Shown one piece after another: positions 62,755-64,000 of a DNA stretch of 64,000 bases. A program made the position numbers and the translations under genes. The DNA is taken from positions 62,630-126,629 of IMG/VR virus record IMGVR_UViG_3300047476_001057; one strand, given 5' to 3'. Every line of letters begins with the position of its first letter. Positions within the stretch are counted from its first letter, which is position 1. This DNA is from a virus. Under the pieces are notes generated by a model. It ran no database searches and was not told the DNA's origin. It worked only from the letters and a program-made list of their open reading frames with translations.

Positions 62755-63999
62755 TTAGAATGGGCTAACAGAATCAGAAGGAATATTACCAGCTTCCATC
62801 ATGTTGTCAAACTCTTCTGCAGAAACGTAATCTTTACGTGTAGGGTGGTTTGCCAAGATGTACTGCATAGAAAGCTCGATCTCCTCCACTTGGGATACGT
62901 CCATGATACCACGAGACGTGTAGGTGTTGATTAGACTTTCGATTTCTGCTACAGCAAGCTCCAGCTGTTCGTTAGAACTATAAGAGTGAAGCATCTCAAC
63001 CTTACTCATCACTGCTTTGACCTCCGGACTCATCAGCTTATTCTGAAGTTCAGAACCTGCAGATTGGGAGATCATGATCTGTGCAGTTTTAACCAGGGAT
63101 TTATCTAAAGAAATATCCCAGATAAAACTTACAGCTTTAGTCAGCGTAGGTACAAAGGTGAGCGTACGATCAGAACTGGCTGAATAACCAACCTCGAGAT
63201 ACTTCTCTAGTTTATTAGCTGGTACTTCTAAAGAGCTCATCTCAGCTTTGGTAGGAATACCAATTTTAAATACCTCTTTGTAGTCACGTGCACCCTTATT
63301 GTAATACTTTACAAGTTCACCGGCAGATACACGGTTAACTGTTTGCTTCAGCATGAAACGGTCCCAGAAAGGTGAGCCTTGCTCTTCTTTAGGAATTTCG
63401 TTACAAGTAGCAACAAAAAGCTTCCACTTACATGGAATCTTGTGCTTACCGTTGAACAAAAACTTCTCATTCATTACACCGAGCATAGCATTACGGATAG
63501 CAGATGATGCTTTATCCACCTCGTTGATGATTACAATTTCAGCTTCTGCAATAGGTGCAGCAAGCTCATACTTGTTTTCTGTAAAGAGTTTACCAAGATC
63601 TGGCATACCCTTAATCTCTGATGCCTTAGTTCCCTCATCGGTTTCAAGGATATAAATCTTCTGTGCAAAATCTGCAGGTGTCATTTTACCATCACGGTTG
63701 AGCCAGGCTTTTGCATATTCTATAACGGTCTTAGTCTTAGCCACACCGGGTTGACCTACCAAAAGCAATGGTAAGCCTGTTGACTCTGCAAGAGCCAACA
63801 TTTTAAATACCTCTTCTTTGTTGATAAGAGAGGTTTCAATAGTACGAATCTCGTTTGCTTTCCTGGAGATAGACTTAACTTTTGTCTGTGACATGTTCAA
63901 AGGTTTAACTTGTTGTTGTGTAATTGCCGCCTGAGCGGGTGCTGCTGGTATAGGTTTATTTATAGTACTGACACGTTGCCAACGCTGGACTCCATCTAC
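62755..63999 (-). CDS. MoxR/RavA-family AAA+ ATPase (frame open to window end)
   Basis: GQPGVAKT Walker A, IINEVDKA Walker B, ATCNE, FWDRF, SDRT; no stop codon between 63900 and 63999. Confidence 0.85.
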   Translation of the reverse strand, partial: VDGVQRWQRVSTINKPIPAAPAQAAITQQQVKPLNMSQTKVKSISRKANEIRTIETSLINKEEVFKMLALAESTGLPLLLVGQPGVAKTKTVIEYAKAWLNRDGKMTPADFAQKIYILETDEGTKASEIKGMPDLGKLFTENKYELAAPIAEAEIVIINEVDKASSAIRNAMLGVMNEKFLFNGKHKIPCKWKLFVATCNEIPKEEQGSPFWDRFMLKQTVNRVSAGELVKYYNKGARDYKEVFKIGIPTKAEMSSLEVPANKLEKYLEVGYSASSDRTLTFVPTLTKAVSFIWDISLDKSLVKTAQIMISQSAGSELQNKLMSPEVKAVMSKVEMLHSYSSNEQLELAVAEIESLINTYTSRGIMDVSQVEEIELSMQYILANHPTRKDYVSAEEFDNMMEAGNIPSDSVSPF

Positions 64000-64000
64000 G

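Noticed and set aside
1-64000. Alternative genetic code (TAG or TGA recoding, known in some crAss-like phages)
   Set aside because: ORFs up to 3837 aa are intact and tile the window in the standard code; TAG and TGA act as real stops at gene junctions.
1-64000. CRISPR array, tRNA or rRNA genes
   Set aside because: No regularly spaced repeats or cloverleaf-like sequence seen; intergenic gaps are mostly too short. A dedicated scan was not run.

Overview
This window is a 64 kb segment of a large Bacteroidota-infecting tailed phage of the crAss-like (Crassvirales-type) podovirus design, read in the standard genetic code. From 1 to 38279 (+) is the virion module: an IHF/HU-like protein, two tail ring proteins, a small zincin, a 1524-aa tail stabilisation (muzzle-type) protein, then six large ejected/cargo proteins. 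These include a 3837-aa virion RNA polymerase (SGSDLDID active site) and a 2177-aa protein with a PD-(D/E)xK nuclease domain. From 38290 to 57873 (-) are nucleotide metabolism genes (Dcd, ThyX, dNMP kinase, HAD and calcineurin-like phosphatases), an SPL-family radical SAM enzyme and replication genes (PolB, primase, DnaB, Sak4-like ATPase, SSB-like protein, nucleases, DnaA domain-IV protein). From 57983 to 60745 (+) is a lysis cassette, and from 60792 to 64000 (-) a vWA plus MoxR AAA+ pair. The most striking unexplained pattern is the cysteine distribution in the three consecutive giant ejection proteins (7122 aa). They contain only four cysteines, each within five residues of a terminus and only at termini facing the neighbouring gene, which suggests a head-to-tail disulfide-linked ejection chain. 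Other leads are a GG-motif-punctuated mosaic cargo protein, an RDR-like SGSDLD catalytic loop, an SPL-like enzyme with CX3CX4C spacing, and two recurring promoter/operator motifs. All assignments come from motif recognition by eye; no searches were run.
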